From a virus (taxonomy: Duplodnaviria > Caudoviricetes), in the IMG/VR virus record IMGVR_UViG_3300009183_004565: a stretch of 64,000 nucleotides of DNA; one strand, given 5' to 3'. Below the pieces are notes generated by a model that was given only the letters and a program-made list of their open reading frames with translations, was not told the DNA's origin and searched no databases. The stretch's first letter is position 1. Each line of letters opens with the position of its first letter. Below are positions 1 to 8,517 of the stretch, in pieces. The translations under genes and the position numbers were made by a program.

Positions 1-723
1 GGTGGTAACGTAAGCGAACCAACAATGACATCATTGTTACGCTTTATTCTTATGGCGCAACAAGTTGGACTTAACTGGTCATTGGATACCATGGTCAATG
101 AGAGTTTGGTTACTCGTGCCCGTAATAATCTAATGGCTAAAATGATGACCAACAAGTCTGCTACACACTTTATGTTTATTGATGCTGATATTCGTTTCCA
201 ACCTGAATCCATTCTACAAATGATGGCCTGTGATAAAGACGTTATTGGTGGATTGTATCCCAAGAAAGCATTACCAGTTAATTATGTTATTAACTTACGT
301 CGCGAAACTAAAGTACAAGGCGATATCTTTACTGTAGACACAATGGGCACTGGATTCTTGTTATTCAAGCGCCACGTATATGAACAACTGTGTGTAGCAC
401 ATCCAGAATGCAAGTATGTGGACGATGTTGGTTTAGGTAAACAGTATGAACCTACAATGTTTAGCATCTTTGATGTTGGCATTGACGAAAAAGGACACTA
501 CTTGTCTGAGGATTGGTTGTTCTGTCGTAGATGGTGTGCGCTAGGTGGCGAAATCTGGGCACATGGTAAAGTACTGCTGAATCACATCGGACACTATGAG
601 TTTGTTGGTGATCTAAGCAAGATGCCATCATTTACTCATCCTCCAGGCGAAACAGCAGATGTAGGTGCTGGTCCTGCTGCATTGCAGGATGCTATTAAAA
701 TGGCACAGAAGACACCTGCCTGA
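1..723 (+). CDS. GT-A fold (GT2-like) glycosyltransferase, 5'-truncated by window edge
   Basis: Frame is open from base 1 (GGNVSEPTM...). HFMFIDAD (DxD), VIGGLYPKK, GTGFLL, LSEDWLFC, HIGHYEF motifs. Confidence 0.75.
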   Translation, partial: GGNVSEPTMTSLLRFILMAQQVGLNWSLDTMVNESLVTRARNNLMAKMMTNKSATHFMFIDADIRFQPESILQMMACDKDVIGGLYPKKALPVNYVINLRRETKVQGDIFTVDTMGTGFLLFKRHVYEQLCVAHPECKYVDDVGLGKQYEPTMFSIFDVGIDEKGHYLSEDWLFCRRWCALGGEIWAHGKVLLNHIGHYEFVGDLSKMPSFTHPPGETADVGAGPAALQDAIKMAQKTPA

Positions 724-1199
724 TGAGTACAGAGACCCTCCATTTTAAAATTGGGTTGAGTACTAACTCAACTGCCAAAATGCCAGAATTTACCCTAGGT
801 GTAAACGGTACAACATATTTTAAAGGAACATTAAGTTCCGGGGGGTCCACTGAATATTTTGAGTTTGATGCTGAGATACAAGAAGGGGATGGGGTATTCG
901 AACTCTGTCTCCTTAATAAGCAGGAAACTGATACTGTAAAAGGTGACAACGGAGAGATCTTAGAAGATATGCTACTTAACGTAGACAGCGTTGAAATAGA
1001 TGATATTGGTCTGGGATTTTTGCTATGGACTCATAGCAAATATTTTCCAACGTACCCCGAAAGTTATATTGAATATTGTAAAACCGCTGGTAACGATTTA
1101 CCAGAATCCGTGTTAAACTGTGTGACCATGGGGTGGAACGGGACTTGGAAAATCCCTTTTACTAGCCCTTTCTTTGTTTGGCTATTAGAAAATCTTTAA
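723..1199 (+). CDS. hypothetical beta-rich protein; paralogue of 28120..28689
   Basis: 158-aa ORF coupled to upstream stop (TGATG). C-terminal WNGTWKIPFTSPFFVWL resembles FNGRLNFNFSTPIYDFL of 28120..28689. Confidence 0.6.
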   Translation: MSTETLHFKIGLSTNSTAKMPEFTLGVNGTTYFKGTLSSGGSTEYFEFDAEIQEGDGVFELCLLNKQETDTVKGDNGEILEDMLLNVDSVEIDDIGLGFLLWTHSKYFPTYPESYIEYCKTAGNDLPESVLNCVTMGWNGTWKIPFTSPFFVWLLENL

Positions 1200-1201
1200 A
1201 C

Positions 1202-1207
1202 TAAATA
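1202..1207 (+). promoter_or_regulatory. T4-like late promoter core TAAATA
   Basis: Intergenic TAAATA 21 nt before ATG 1229; the same hexamer recurs in many short intergenic gaps (T4 late consensus TATAAATA). Confidence 0.55.
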
Positions 1208-1228
1208 TAGCAATAGAATGGTAAAATC

Positions 1229-2131
1229 ATGTTTATTGCTAGTTTATTTGAAAATTATATTACTGAAGCTGGAGCAAACTTAGTAGTCCTATATCCTGGA
1301 AGATTTCAACCCTTTCATTTAGGACACAGAGAAGTATTTCAATCCCTTCAAGGTAAATTTGGACGCGATAGCGTGTATATTGCCACTAGCAATAAAACAG
1401 AATTACCAAAAAGCCCCTTTAATTTCACAGATAAAAGCATACTAATGCATGCCGCTGGTATTCCTGGCGATCGCATACTTGAAGTTGCAAGTCCTTATAA
1501 ACTCCCTGCTCAGTTTGATGCTGCAAATACTATCTTTATAGCCGCAATAGGTGCACCTGATGTGCAGCGCCTGTCGCCGGACAGTATTAAAAAGGATGGC
1601 ACAGAAGGATACTTTAAAACTTTTAAAAGTATAAAAGAATGTGCTACAGCTGACAAACATGGCTATGTTATTGTAGCCGAAGAACGTCACAAAGTCATTA
1701 ACATTGCCGGACAGCAGATAGATGTTAGTCACGGCACACAAACCCGCGAAGCATGGAATTTAGTAAGAGACAATCCCAAACAACGTAGCGAATTCTTGTT
1801 ACAAATGTACGGTAGAGATGATGCAGAACTAGGGCGTGTACTGGACAAAATTGCTCGCCCGGTCACTGAAGAAGCAGCCGGAGTTGGCGTAGTTAAAAAC
1901 GGTAATGATCCACGTTATAGCATGGCCACCATGGGCAACGATAATGATGTAACTGCTGCTACACTTCCCAAGATGATGAAGGGCTACCGTTTAACAGAAC
2001 GCTATAATAAATTACAAGAAGAAATAGCATCTTTAAAAGAAAAGTGGTCAACCAAGTATAAAAAAAGCATCAACTGCAATAACCCAAAAGGGTTCAGCCA
2101 GCGAGCACATTGCCAAGGTAGAAAAAAATAA
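1229..2131 (+). CDS. HxGH nucleotidyltransferase (cytidylyltransferase-like) with N-terminal putative capsid-targeting propeptide and C-terminal basic Cys module
   Basis: YPGRFQPFHLGH motif; domain starts right after MFIASLFENYITE; C-terminal KWSTKYKKSINCNNPKGFSQRAHCQGRKK. Confidence 0.75.
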   Translation: MFIASLFENYITEAGANLVVLYPGRFQPFHLGHREVFQSLQGKFGRDSVYIATSNKTELPKSPFNFTDKSILMHAAGIPGDRILEVASPYKLPAQFDAANTIFIAAIGAPDVQRLSPDSIKKDGTEGYFKTFKSIKECATADKHGYVIVAEERHKVINIAGQQIDVSHGTQTREAWNLVRDNPKQRSEFLLQMYGRDDAELGRVLDKIARPVTEEAAGVGVVKNGNDPRYSMATMGNDNDVTAATLPKMMKGYRLTERYNKLQEEIASLKEKWSTKYKKSINCNNPKGFSQRAHCQGRKK

Positions 2132-2439
2132 TGTTACAGCACATCAAAGCTGATGTACATTGTTTATGGGACGATCATTTACCAATCTATCGCATATTTG
2201 TAGACGACGATTTGATAACAGAAAGAACATTTATCTGGCACTGTTATCGAGTTGTAATACGTGAGAATTTAGTTTGTGATTTAGAACCCGGAATACACAC
2301 ACTCAGAGTTGAAGCTGTTAATATTAGCGAAAACGGTGGCTTTAGATTTGAAAATTTTATACTCGAAGGCCGGACTGATGCGGAACATCCTAATCATCAT
2401 GATCCACAATACAAACAGATCACCTTTATTGTAAACTAA
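2131..2439 (+). CDS. hypothetical protein
   Basis: 102-aa ORF overlapping the upstream stop (TAATG). Confidence 0.6.
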   Translation: MLQHIKADVHCLWDDHLPIYRIFVDDDLITERTFIWHCYRVVIRENLVCDLEPGIHTLRVEAVNISENGGFRFENFILEGRTDAEHPNHHDPQYKQITFIVN

Positions 2440-2445
2440 TAAATA
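2440..2445 (+). promoter_or_regulatory. T4-like late promoter core TAAATA
   Basis: AATAAATA in the 28-nt gap before 2468; AGGT SD-like site follows. Confidence 0.55.
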
Positions 2446-2467
2446 CTAATTATTATAGGTAATTGAC

Positions 2468-3415
2468 ATGAAACCAACAGAATTTATTGTAGAAACTAGC
2501 CAAATTGCACAAGAAGCAGATAACATGCATGCTGACCATGAAGTACAAATGGCCAGATCTGATTGCTATAGTGCAGCCAAATACGCCATTGAGCTACATC
2601 GTATGCTTAAAGAGATCAGCGAACAACAAGGACTGGATGGCTGGGTAAGCGAAAAGATTACACTAGCAAATGATTACTTACGCTCAGTGCATGAGTATCT
2701 AGGGCACGAAATGGCACATGGTCAAGAGCAGGCCATGATGAGCTTCACTGCAGAAGCTGCAGAGTATGCCGTTGATCAATTGCTAGTAGAAGATGATTAC
2801 GATGATGCTGTGGCTGATTTCTTATCCAAGAACAAACCTACAGTAGGTAAAACACACAAGCCAAGAAAATCAGAACGTTTAGGCGGTAGTAGACATATTG
2901 GCGGTGGTGGAGAAAAAATGAAAGCAAGTCGCACAGGAATAAGTTCTAAGCCAACAGGTAAAGCTGTTGCAGGTCAAGCTAGTCTAGGCGAGGATGGCCA
3001 GAAAGGCATGAGTCGTGCTGCTAAAGGCTATGAGAAGTACGGCAAAGAGGGCATGCAAGCATTAGCCAAGGCCGGACGTGAAGGAAAAGATTTAACTAAG
3101 ATTAGAGACAAGTACAACAAATACGATAAAGGTGTATCAGAAGTGGCAATGAGTCCTGCTCCAACTCCACAAAAAAGTGGCATTCCATCAGATGCAACAA
3201 CCACAGTACCAGGAATGAAGGCTACCCCGGCTGATTTAAAGAAAGCTAACTCAAGTGCAGTTATTGGCGAAATGGCCACAGGTGGTGGATCCAGTTCGGG
3301 CGGTATTGCTACAAGCATGGGCGGCCCAGGACATAAATCAACATCGGGCGTTCCCAAGAAGGTTGGTAATGTACACAAGTCAAAAAAAATTGCAGTGGGC
3401 AAAGGCGTTTACTAA
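2468..3415 (+). CDS. modular low-complexity protein, candidate internal head protein
   Basis: N-terminus MKPTEFIVE resembles T4 internal-protein signal MKTYQEFIAE; internal LVE/LGE/VSE/IGE module boundaries. Confidence 0.65.
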   Translation: MKPTEFIVETSQIAQEADNMHADHEVQMARSDCYSAAKYAIELHRMLKEISEQQGLDGWVSEKITLANDYLRSVHEYLGHEMAHGQEQAMMSFTAEAAEYAVDQLLVEDDYDDAVADFLSKNKPTVGKTHKPRKSERLGGSRHIGGGGEKMKASRTGISSKPTGKAVAGQASLGEDGQKGMSRAAKGYEKYGKEGMQALAKAGREGKDLTKIRDKYNKYDKGVSEVAMSPAPTPQKSGIPSDATTTVPGMKATPADLKKANSSAVIGEMATGGGSSSGGIATSMGGPGHKSTSGVPKKVGNVHKSKKIAVGKGVY

Positions 3416-3975
3416 TGAGCGACATGCGTGACCTACTAGAGAAGATGTCATTTGCCGGACAGGCAGCGGGGCAAAAGCCCGGTGACCAAGTTCGTGGCAG
3501 TGAACCAATGCCTAAAAAGGGCGGAGGTAAAAAACATCCTTACGCTGGTCGTCTAGTAGGTGGCACTGATGAAAGCATTGACTATTGTGATGCATGCGAT
3601 CGTGTTAAGAGTAAATGTATCTGTGATGAAAAATCATCATTGAAAGAAGAATTTGATCAGTATCTTGCTGAGTACGGTGCACCAGGGTCTGCTATTGGCA
3701 ACGATACTGGCACTAATCCTCAAGAACAGGCAGCATTACGTCAACAACAAACTGCACAAAAACAAGAAATAAACAATCAACTTGCGGGACTAGTGGCGCA
3801 AGTAACTGGTGCACGAGCACAAATTGCACAGATTAACAAACAATTTCCTCAGGGTGCTAATCCAGTGGAAAAATCAATGGCACTAAGAGATATGCAAGGT
3901 CAAAGAATAGGTTTGCAAAATCAAATTGAAGATCTAATGACCCAAATTGCAGCATTGCGCTCACAAGCATTATAA
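3415..3975 (+). CDS. modular protein with CxxC/CxC segment and Gln-rich coiled coil, candidate internal head protein
   Basis: MSDMRDLLE start; YCDACDRVKSKCIC; QQQ-rich helix; TAATG coupling. Confidence 0.6.
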   Translation: MSDMRDLLEKMSFAGQAAGQKPGDQVRGSEPMPKKGGGKKHPYAGRLVGGTDESIDYCDACDRVKSKCICDEKSSLKEEFDQYLAEYGAPGSAIGNDTGTNPQEQAALRQQQTAQKQEINNQLAGLVAQVTGARAQIAQINKQFPQGANPVEKSMALRDMQGQRIGLQNQIEDLMTQIAALRSQAL

Positions 3976-3986
3976 GAGAGATAGAA

Positions 3987-6023
3987 ATGTTTTTAGAAGA
4001 TTTTTACAATAAAAAGAATACACCCGAAGGCTTTGGTGCTGCAGTCAGTAATGTTGCCGCAAAGGTAGGTGACACATTGGCAAATGCATTGCCAAAAGAG
4101 ATGCAACCATTTAATAACGATACTGCTGCAAAAAATTATGCAAGTCTTAGGCCAGTAAAAAATCCTGTTAAAGAGAACTCAGGAGTTACCAAGCACAATG
4201 ATTACGATCGCTGGAGTGACGAAGTTGCCGCTGCAGGTGGTGAGATACACCCGCAGCGGGATGGAAATCGTTTGGTGGCACAAAGCTGGGACGGTGACGT
4301 CATTGGTGAATTTAATCTTAGAACCAATCAAGGTTATATTAACAGACAGCAAGGTGTGGCGGAAGGCAAAGGTGATTTTGCACAAGCCATTGAAAATCTA
4401 CACGGTTGGCATGAAGTAGAATCAAACAATCCTGACATAAGAATTTGGGAGTTTGATGATCGTGAAGGCGGTCACTACGCTCAAGGAACAGTGTATTACA
4501 TTGAGAAAACTGGTCGCATACAAATAGAGTTTGAAGACCATGACGGGTATCACGGTGGTGATGTAACTGATGCTTTTGATTCCATTGGTGATGCTATGAA
4601 TGTGTTAAAGAATATCACAGTGCAGATTAGACCAAACACCGGCAAAGCACGAGATTTTGATAAACTTGGTGGAAGAACTGTTGCAGGCCCAGATGATCTA
4701 TATAAAACTGATCGTGTAGGCCGGAAAGGTACCTTGAACAAGAGTCGCATGGATGCTATGAAAACATCTAGTCCGTATCGCAAGACAGGCCCCGAAGGTC
4801 AATTACCAGAGTCTGCTTTAGCAGAAGCCACAGGTGATCCAAAATTTGACAAGATGCTTAAAGGTATTACAGGTAAAAGGAAAGTAGCCAAACAACAAAA
4901 AACAGATACCAAACAACAGGCACGTGATGCTTTTGGTGGTATGTTTGGTGGCGGTAATCCTGCTGATAAACTTGGCATCAGAAAGAAAAACGTAGACGAA
5001 GGTAGTGAACTGCCTCCTAATGTAGTAGACATGATCAAGAAAATTGCTCAAAGTACTGCAGCTCCCGAACACAAAAAGGCCATGATCAACGCCTTGATAG
5101 CAAAATATCGTGACTCGGCCATGGCAGAAACTTACGGTGCTGAGTTACATACCAAGCACAAGAAGAATAGATTCAAACAACTTCAAAAAATAAAGAAAAC
5201 ACAGAAAAAAGCATTTGGTCTAGACGAAGCTGGCTGCACAATGACCAAGGAGGGTCGCGAATGCCCAATGCATGGTTTACAGGAATGCCCTGGTTACGGA
5301 ATGATGGAAACTTCTGCACAAAATAAATTGCACCAGCGTCATCAAGAAATTAGAAAGAAAAGTGGACTGCCACATCCTGATCATTACTTAAAGATGATGA
5401 AACAAAAGCAAGCAGAAATTGATGCATTACGATCAGAGATTGCTGCAGACAAGGCGAAAGGGCTAGGCGAAGCACGTAAGCCCGACTATAACTTTGATAT
5501 AGAAGATATCAAGAAACTTGAAAAAATAAGAGACTTGTCTACGTTAAAAACGTTAGCGTTTGATTTGATCAGTAAACCTAGTGCCAAGCCAATGAAGCCA
5601 GAAAAAGTTGAATGGTTCAGATCAGCTCTAGAGCGTATGGATAGTCCACTTAAAGTTATCAAGTTGATGTACGACTTGATGTTGAGTGGTGAAGGACATC
5701 AAGTGATTGGATCACGTAACAGCATGAAGGCCAACAGCTATCGCGGACGTTTTAGCGAACAAGAAGATATTAACGAACACATTGAACGTTACGTTGAGGA
5801 ACTTGGCCGTGCCGGATATGAAGTAGTTACTGAGTCGGCTATTGCTTGTCCTGAATGTGGCGGACCTGCATACAGCAATCCAATGTTGGCAGAGAAACAA
5901 GATGCTTGTTATCATAAAGTGAAAAGTCGTTACAAAGTATGGCCCAGTGCATACGCATCAGGTGCACTAGTTCGTTGCCGAAAAGTAGGCGCCAATAATT
6001 GGGGCAACAAGAGTAAAAAATGA
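3987..6023 (+). CDS. 678-aa modular polyprotein-like protein, candidate internal head protein
   Basis: About 15 [LIVMF]-x-E sites (e.g. GVAE|G, ALAE|A, NVDE|G, AMAE|T, GLDE|A, GLGE|A, VVTE|S, MLAE|K) separate compositionally distinct modules. Confidence 0.7.
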   Translation: MFLEDFYNKKNTPEGFGAAVSNVAAKVGDTLANALPKEMQPFNNDTAAKNYASLRPVKNPVKENSGVTKHNDYDRWSDEVAAAGGEIHPQRDGNRLVAQSWDGDVIGEFNLRTNQGYINRQQGVAEGKGDFAQAIENLHGWHEVESNNPDIRIWEFDDREGGHYAQGTVYYIEKTGRIQIEFEDHDGYHGGDVTDAFDSIGDAMNVLKNITVQIRPNTGKARDFDKLGGRTVAGPDDLYKTDRVGRKGTLNKSRMDAMKTSSPYRKTGPEGQLPESALAEATGDPKFDKMLKGITGKRKVAKQQKTDTKQQARDAFGGMFGGGNPADKLGIRKKNVDEGSELPPNVVDMIKKIAQSTAAPEHKKAMINALIAKYRDSAMAETYGAELHTKHKKNRFKQLQKIKKTQKKAFGLDEAGCTMTKEGRECPMHGLQECPGYGMMETSAQNKLHQRHQEIRKKSGLPHPDHYLKMMKQKQAEIDALRSEIAADKAKGLGEARKPDYNFDIEDIKKLEKIRDLSTLKTLAFDLISKPSAKPMKPEKVEWFRSALERMDSPLKVIKLMYDLMLSGEGHQVIGSRNSMKANSYRGRFSEQEDINEHIERYVEELGRAGYEVVTESAIACPECGGPAYSNPMLAEKQDACYHKVKSRYKVWPSAYASGALVRCRKVGANNWGNKSKK

Positions 6024-6409
6024 AATACCGAGAACTGCTAGAAGCCTGCTGGAAAGGATATCATAAAGAGGGCATGAAAACCATGTTCGGAAAAAGGTAT
6101 CCCAATTGCGTTAAAAATAAAAAATCCAACGAAGACATTGATACATCTCAGTTTGCAGAATCGGAACTAGAAGAAGATTTGCACAAATGGTTTAAAGAAA
6201 AGTGGGTGCGATTTGGCCCAGATGGAAAAATTCGTGGCGAGTGTGGCGGTCGAGATGACAGCGAAGGCAAACCAAAATGCTTGCCTGCTAGTAAAGCACA
6301 TGCCTTGGGTAAAAAAGGACGTTCCAGTGCCGGTGCTAGAAAACGCAGACAAGATCCAAATCCGGAACGCCATGGCAAGGCAATTAACGTAGCAACCAAA
6401 AAGAAATGA
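6020..6409 (+). CDS. basic Cys-containing two-module protein, candidate internal head protein
   Basis: MKYRELLE|ACWKGY...PNCVK and ELEE|DLHKWFKEKW...CGG...KPKCLP; ATGA coupling. Confidence 0.65.
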   Translation: MKYRELLEACWKGYHKEGMKTMFGKRYPNCVKNKKSNEDIDTSQFAESELEEDLHKWFKEKWVRFGPDGKIRGECGGRDDSEGKPKCLPASKAHALGKKGRSSAGARKRRQDPNPERHGKAINVATKKK

Positions 6410-6825
6410 GAAATTTAATTAGACTAGTTGAAGCTGCTGAAAAAGATTGCCCCATTGCCACTCACGACATTGATGTCAATTTGAAACACAGGCAGCGAGC
6501 CATAGATGAGTACTACTACGGTCCTGCCAATCCTGACAAGCCCGGCAGCTATTGGAAAGACGCTGCTCGACGTTGGAACATAGATGAAAAAACTGCCCGA
6601 ACTATGCAGTGTGGCAACTGTGCAGCATTTGATGTTTCGGACAAGATGTGGGCCTGTATGGAAGCCGGCATCAAAGGTGATGATCAAGCCGTAGATGCCA
6701 TGGCTACTGTACAAAAAGCCGATTTGGGCTACTGTAATTTTTTACATTTTAAATGTGCTGGTACTAGAAGCTGTACTGCTTGGGTGACAGGCGGATCAAT
6801 TGATAACAAGGATCGCACCGAATGA
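6406..6825 (+). CDS. Cys-rich putative metal-binding protein, candidate internal head protein
   Basis: MRNLIRLVE|A start; CGNC, GYC..FKC, RSC motifs. Confidence 0.65.
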   Translation: MRNLIRLVEAAEKDCPIATHDIDVNLKHRQRAIDEYYYGPANPDKPGSYWKDAARRWNIDEKTARTMQCGNCAAFDVSDKMWACMEAGIKGDDQAVDAMATVQKADLGYCNFLHFKCAGTRSCTAWVTGGSIDNKDRTE

Positions 6826-7235
6826 AAACTCATGAATTCGCATCAATAAGCAAAAAGAACCGTGGAATAAAAGAATCAAGAAGTAAATCAATTGAAGACT
6901 TCAAGCCTGCCAATCAAGCCTTGGACGATTTGAAAAGCCGATATTTGCCTGATTGGGAAATGATAGATCATCAAACACTACAGGCCAAATACGTGGCCCA
7001 AGATCATAGACATGCACTAAAGTTTGTGGCATTTATAAATCAACTTTGTGAACAGATGGATCATTTTGCCGAAGTAACTCAAGATGTAGCCGAGGTTGCT
7101 GTTAAAACAGCCACGTTTGATGTAAAAGGATTGACCATACTTGATTTTCAATTGGCAATGCGTGTAGATGCTTATGCTCGAATGCATAATATTGAGCAGG
7201 TACGCATGCAAGGTAATTTTGGGATGCATCCATAA
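6822..7235 (+). CDS. pterin-4-alpha-carbinolamine dehydratase (PCD/DCoH)-like protein with degenerate His motifs
   Basis: LPDWEM...HALKFVAFINQLCEQMDHFAEV...TFDVKGLTILDFQLA matches the PCD pattern; canonical HHP and TH read HFA and TF. Confidence 0.65.
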   Translation: MKTHEFASISKKNRGIKESRSKSIEDFKPANQALDDLKSRYLPDWEMIDHQTLQAKYVAQDHRHALKFVAFINQLCEQMDHFAEVTQDVAEVAVKTATFDVKGLTILDFQLAMRVDAYARMHNIEQVRMQGNFGMHP

Positions 7236-7238
7236 CTC

Positions 7239-7856
7239 ATGATAAAAGTTTGCGATTACAACATCTTGTTGGATCCTGTCTGTACCAAACCTAATCATAA
7301 CATATTTGATTCAGAAGATTTTCGATACTACGACAAAGACGGATTTGAATTAAACCGTGCCGAAATTGGATTTTACCAAGCCATGAATTACAAATTAGAT
7401 CGATCACTTAATCATCTCTGCTTTCAACAAGACTGGCTGAAAATAAACAGTGCTGGATTGTATCTTGATCATTGTTTGATTTTACATAGATGCAGATACG
7501 ATAAAGAAGCCCAAGATCAATTGTTTACGTTACGAAAAACTATACCAGCAGCCAGCTTGGTGATGAATACCATTGCCAAATGGGGATTTGATTTTGCTCT
7601 TGATGCTGTAGATGATGACTACAATCTTTATGAAGTGTTGCACGTCGAATGCGATTACACATCATATGACAAATTTTGCCATCAGCTTGATCATGTTCAA
7701 AACAAACTAATGCAAATTGACTGGCAAGATGCTGCTCAACAAATACTCAGCAATAAAGAAAAATGGAATGGTTTAAAAGGATTCGAGCAGAATCACTGGA
7801 AGGCTAATTTTTTGCTAGGTTGGAACAAGTCAGAGTACACCGAAAAAACAATTTAA
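7239..7856 (+). CDS. hypothetical protein
   Basis: 205-aa ORF in operon; YYDKDGFEL, KWGFDFALD, EVLHVE motifs; function not recognised. Confidence 0.6.
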   Translation: MIKVCDYNILLDPVCTKPNHNIFDSEDFRYYDKDGFELNRAEIGFYQAMNYKLDRSLNHLCFQQDWLKINSAGLYLDHCLILHRCRYDKEAQDQLFTLRKTIPAASLVMNTIAKWGFDFALDAVDDDYNLYEVLHVECDYTSYDKFCHQLDHVQNKLMQIDWQDAAQQILSNKEKWNGLKGFEQNHWKANFLLGWNKSEYTEKTI

Positions 7857-7870
7857 CCAAGGAGAATCAA

Positions 7871-8014
7871 ATGGCAAAAGCATCAACTAGCGGTAAAAAT
7901 GTAATTCAAAAAATTGTAAAATTAACTAGTCAGGGCGGTCGTAATCCCAAGACCAGTGCAATGAACAAGTCAAAAAGACAGAGTCATAAACAGAGTAGAG
8001 GACAAGGTAGATAA
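7871..8014 (+). CDS. small basic protein (47 aa)
   Basis: ATG 7871 preceded by AAGGAGA SD (better than the ORF-track start 7820); K/R/S-rich, ends SRGQGR. Confidence 0.65.
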   Translation: MAKASTSGKNVIQKIVKLTSQGGRNPKTSAMNKSKRQSHKQSRGQGR

Positions 8015-8017
8015 ATA
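8012..8017 (+). promoter_or_regulatory. T4-like late promoter core TAAATA
   Basis: Overlaps the stop of 7871..8014, 18 nt before dps. Confidence 0.5.
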
Positions 8018-8035
8018 CCTATTATAGGGTTCGTT

Positions 8036-8470
8036 ATGGAAGAATTAATCAAAACTAGTAAAGTGGCTTTTGCCAGCGAATATGCTTTTATGATCAAAGC
8101 ACAGTTTTTTCACTGGAACATAGAAGGTCCAAACTTTCCACAATATCATGAATTATTAAATACAATTTACAACGAAGTGCAGGAACAACTAGATCCCTTT
8201 GCCGAAAACATCCGCAAGCTTGGTGCATGGACTCCAGCTAGTTTTACAAGATTCAGTATGTTGAGTCAAATTGAAGATGAAACACAGATCATGCCTGCTG
8301 AAGCAATGTTGGCAGAATTGTATCAAGACTGTGAAAAAATGATCCAAATGTTTCAAGTGGTTTACATGCTAGCTGAGCAAAATAGAGAATTTGGACTAGC
8401 CAACTTCTACGCAGACCGTCAAGATGCTCACGCAAAACATTGTTGGATGCTTCGCTCAACACTTAAATAA
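8036..8470 (+). CDS. dps: Dps/ferritin-like DNA protection protein
   Basis: KAQFFHWNIEGPNFPQYHELL, QLDPFAENIRKLG, HAKHCWMLRS Dps signatures. Confidence 0.9.
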   Translation: MEELIKTSKVAFASEYAFMIKAQFFHWNIEGPNFPQYHELLNTIYNEVQEQLDPFAENIRKLGAWTPASFTRFSMLSQIEDETQIMPAEAMLAELYQDCEKMIQMFQVVYMLAEQNREFGLANFYADRQDAHAKHCWMLRSTLK

Positions 8471-8471
8471 C

Positions 8472-8496
8472 AATGCGGCTTAGGCCGCATTTTTTT
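8472..8496 (+). terminator. rho-independent terminator
   Basis: AATGCGGC-ttag-GCCGCATT 8-bp stem followed by a T run, directly after the dps stop. Confidence 0.85.
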
Positions 8497-8517
8497 AATA
8501 ATTATATTCAAGGTATT

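Noticed and set aside
8473-8517. ORF-track start of the alpha/beta hydrolase
   Set aside because: The ATG lies in the dps terminator stem; the recognisable domain starts at Met 8518.
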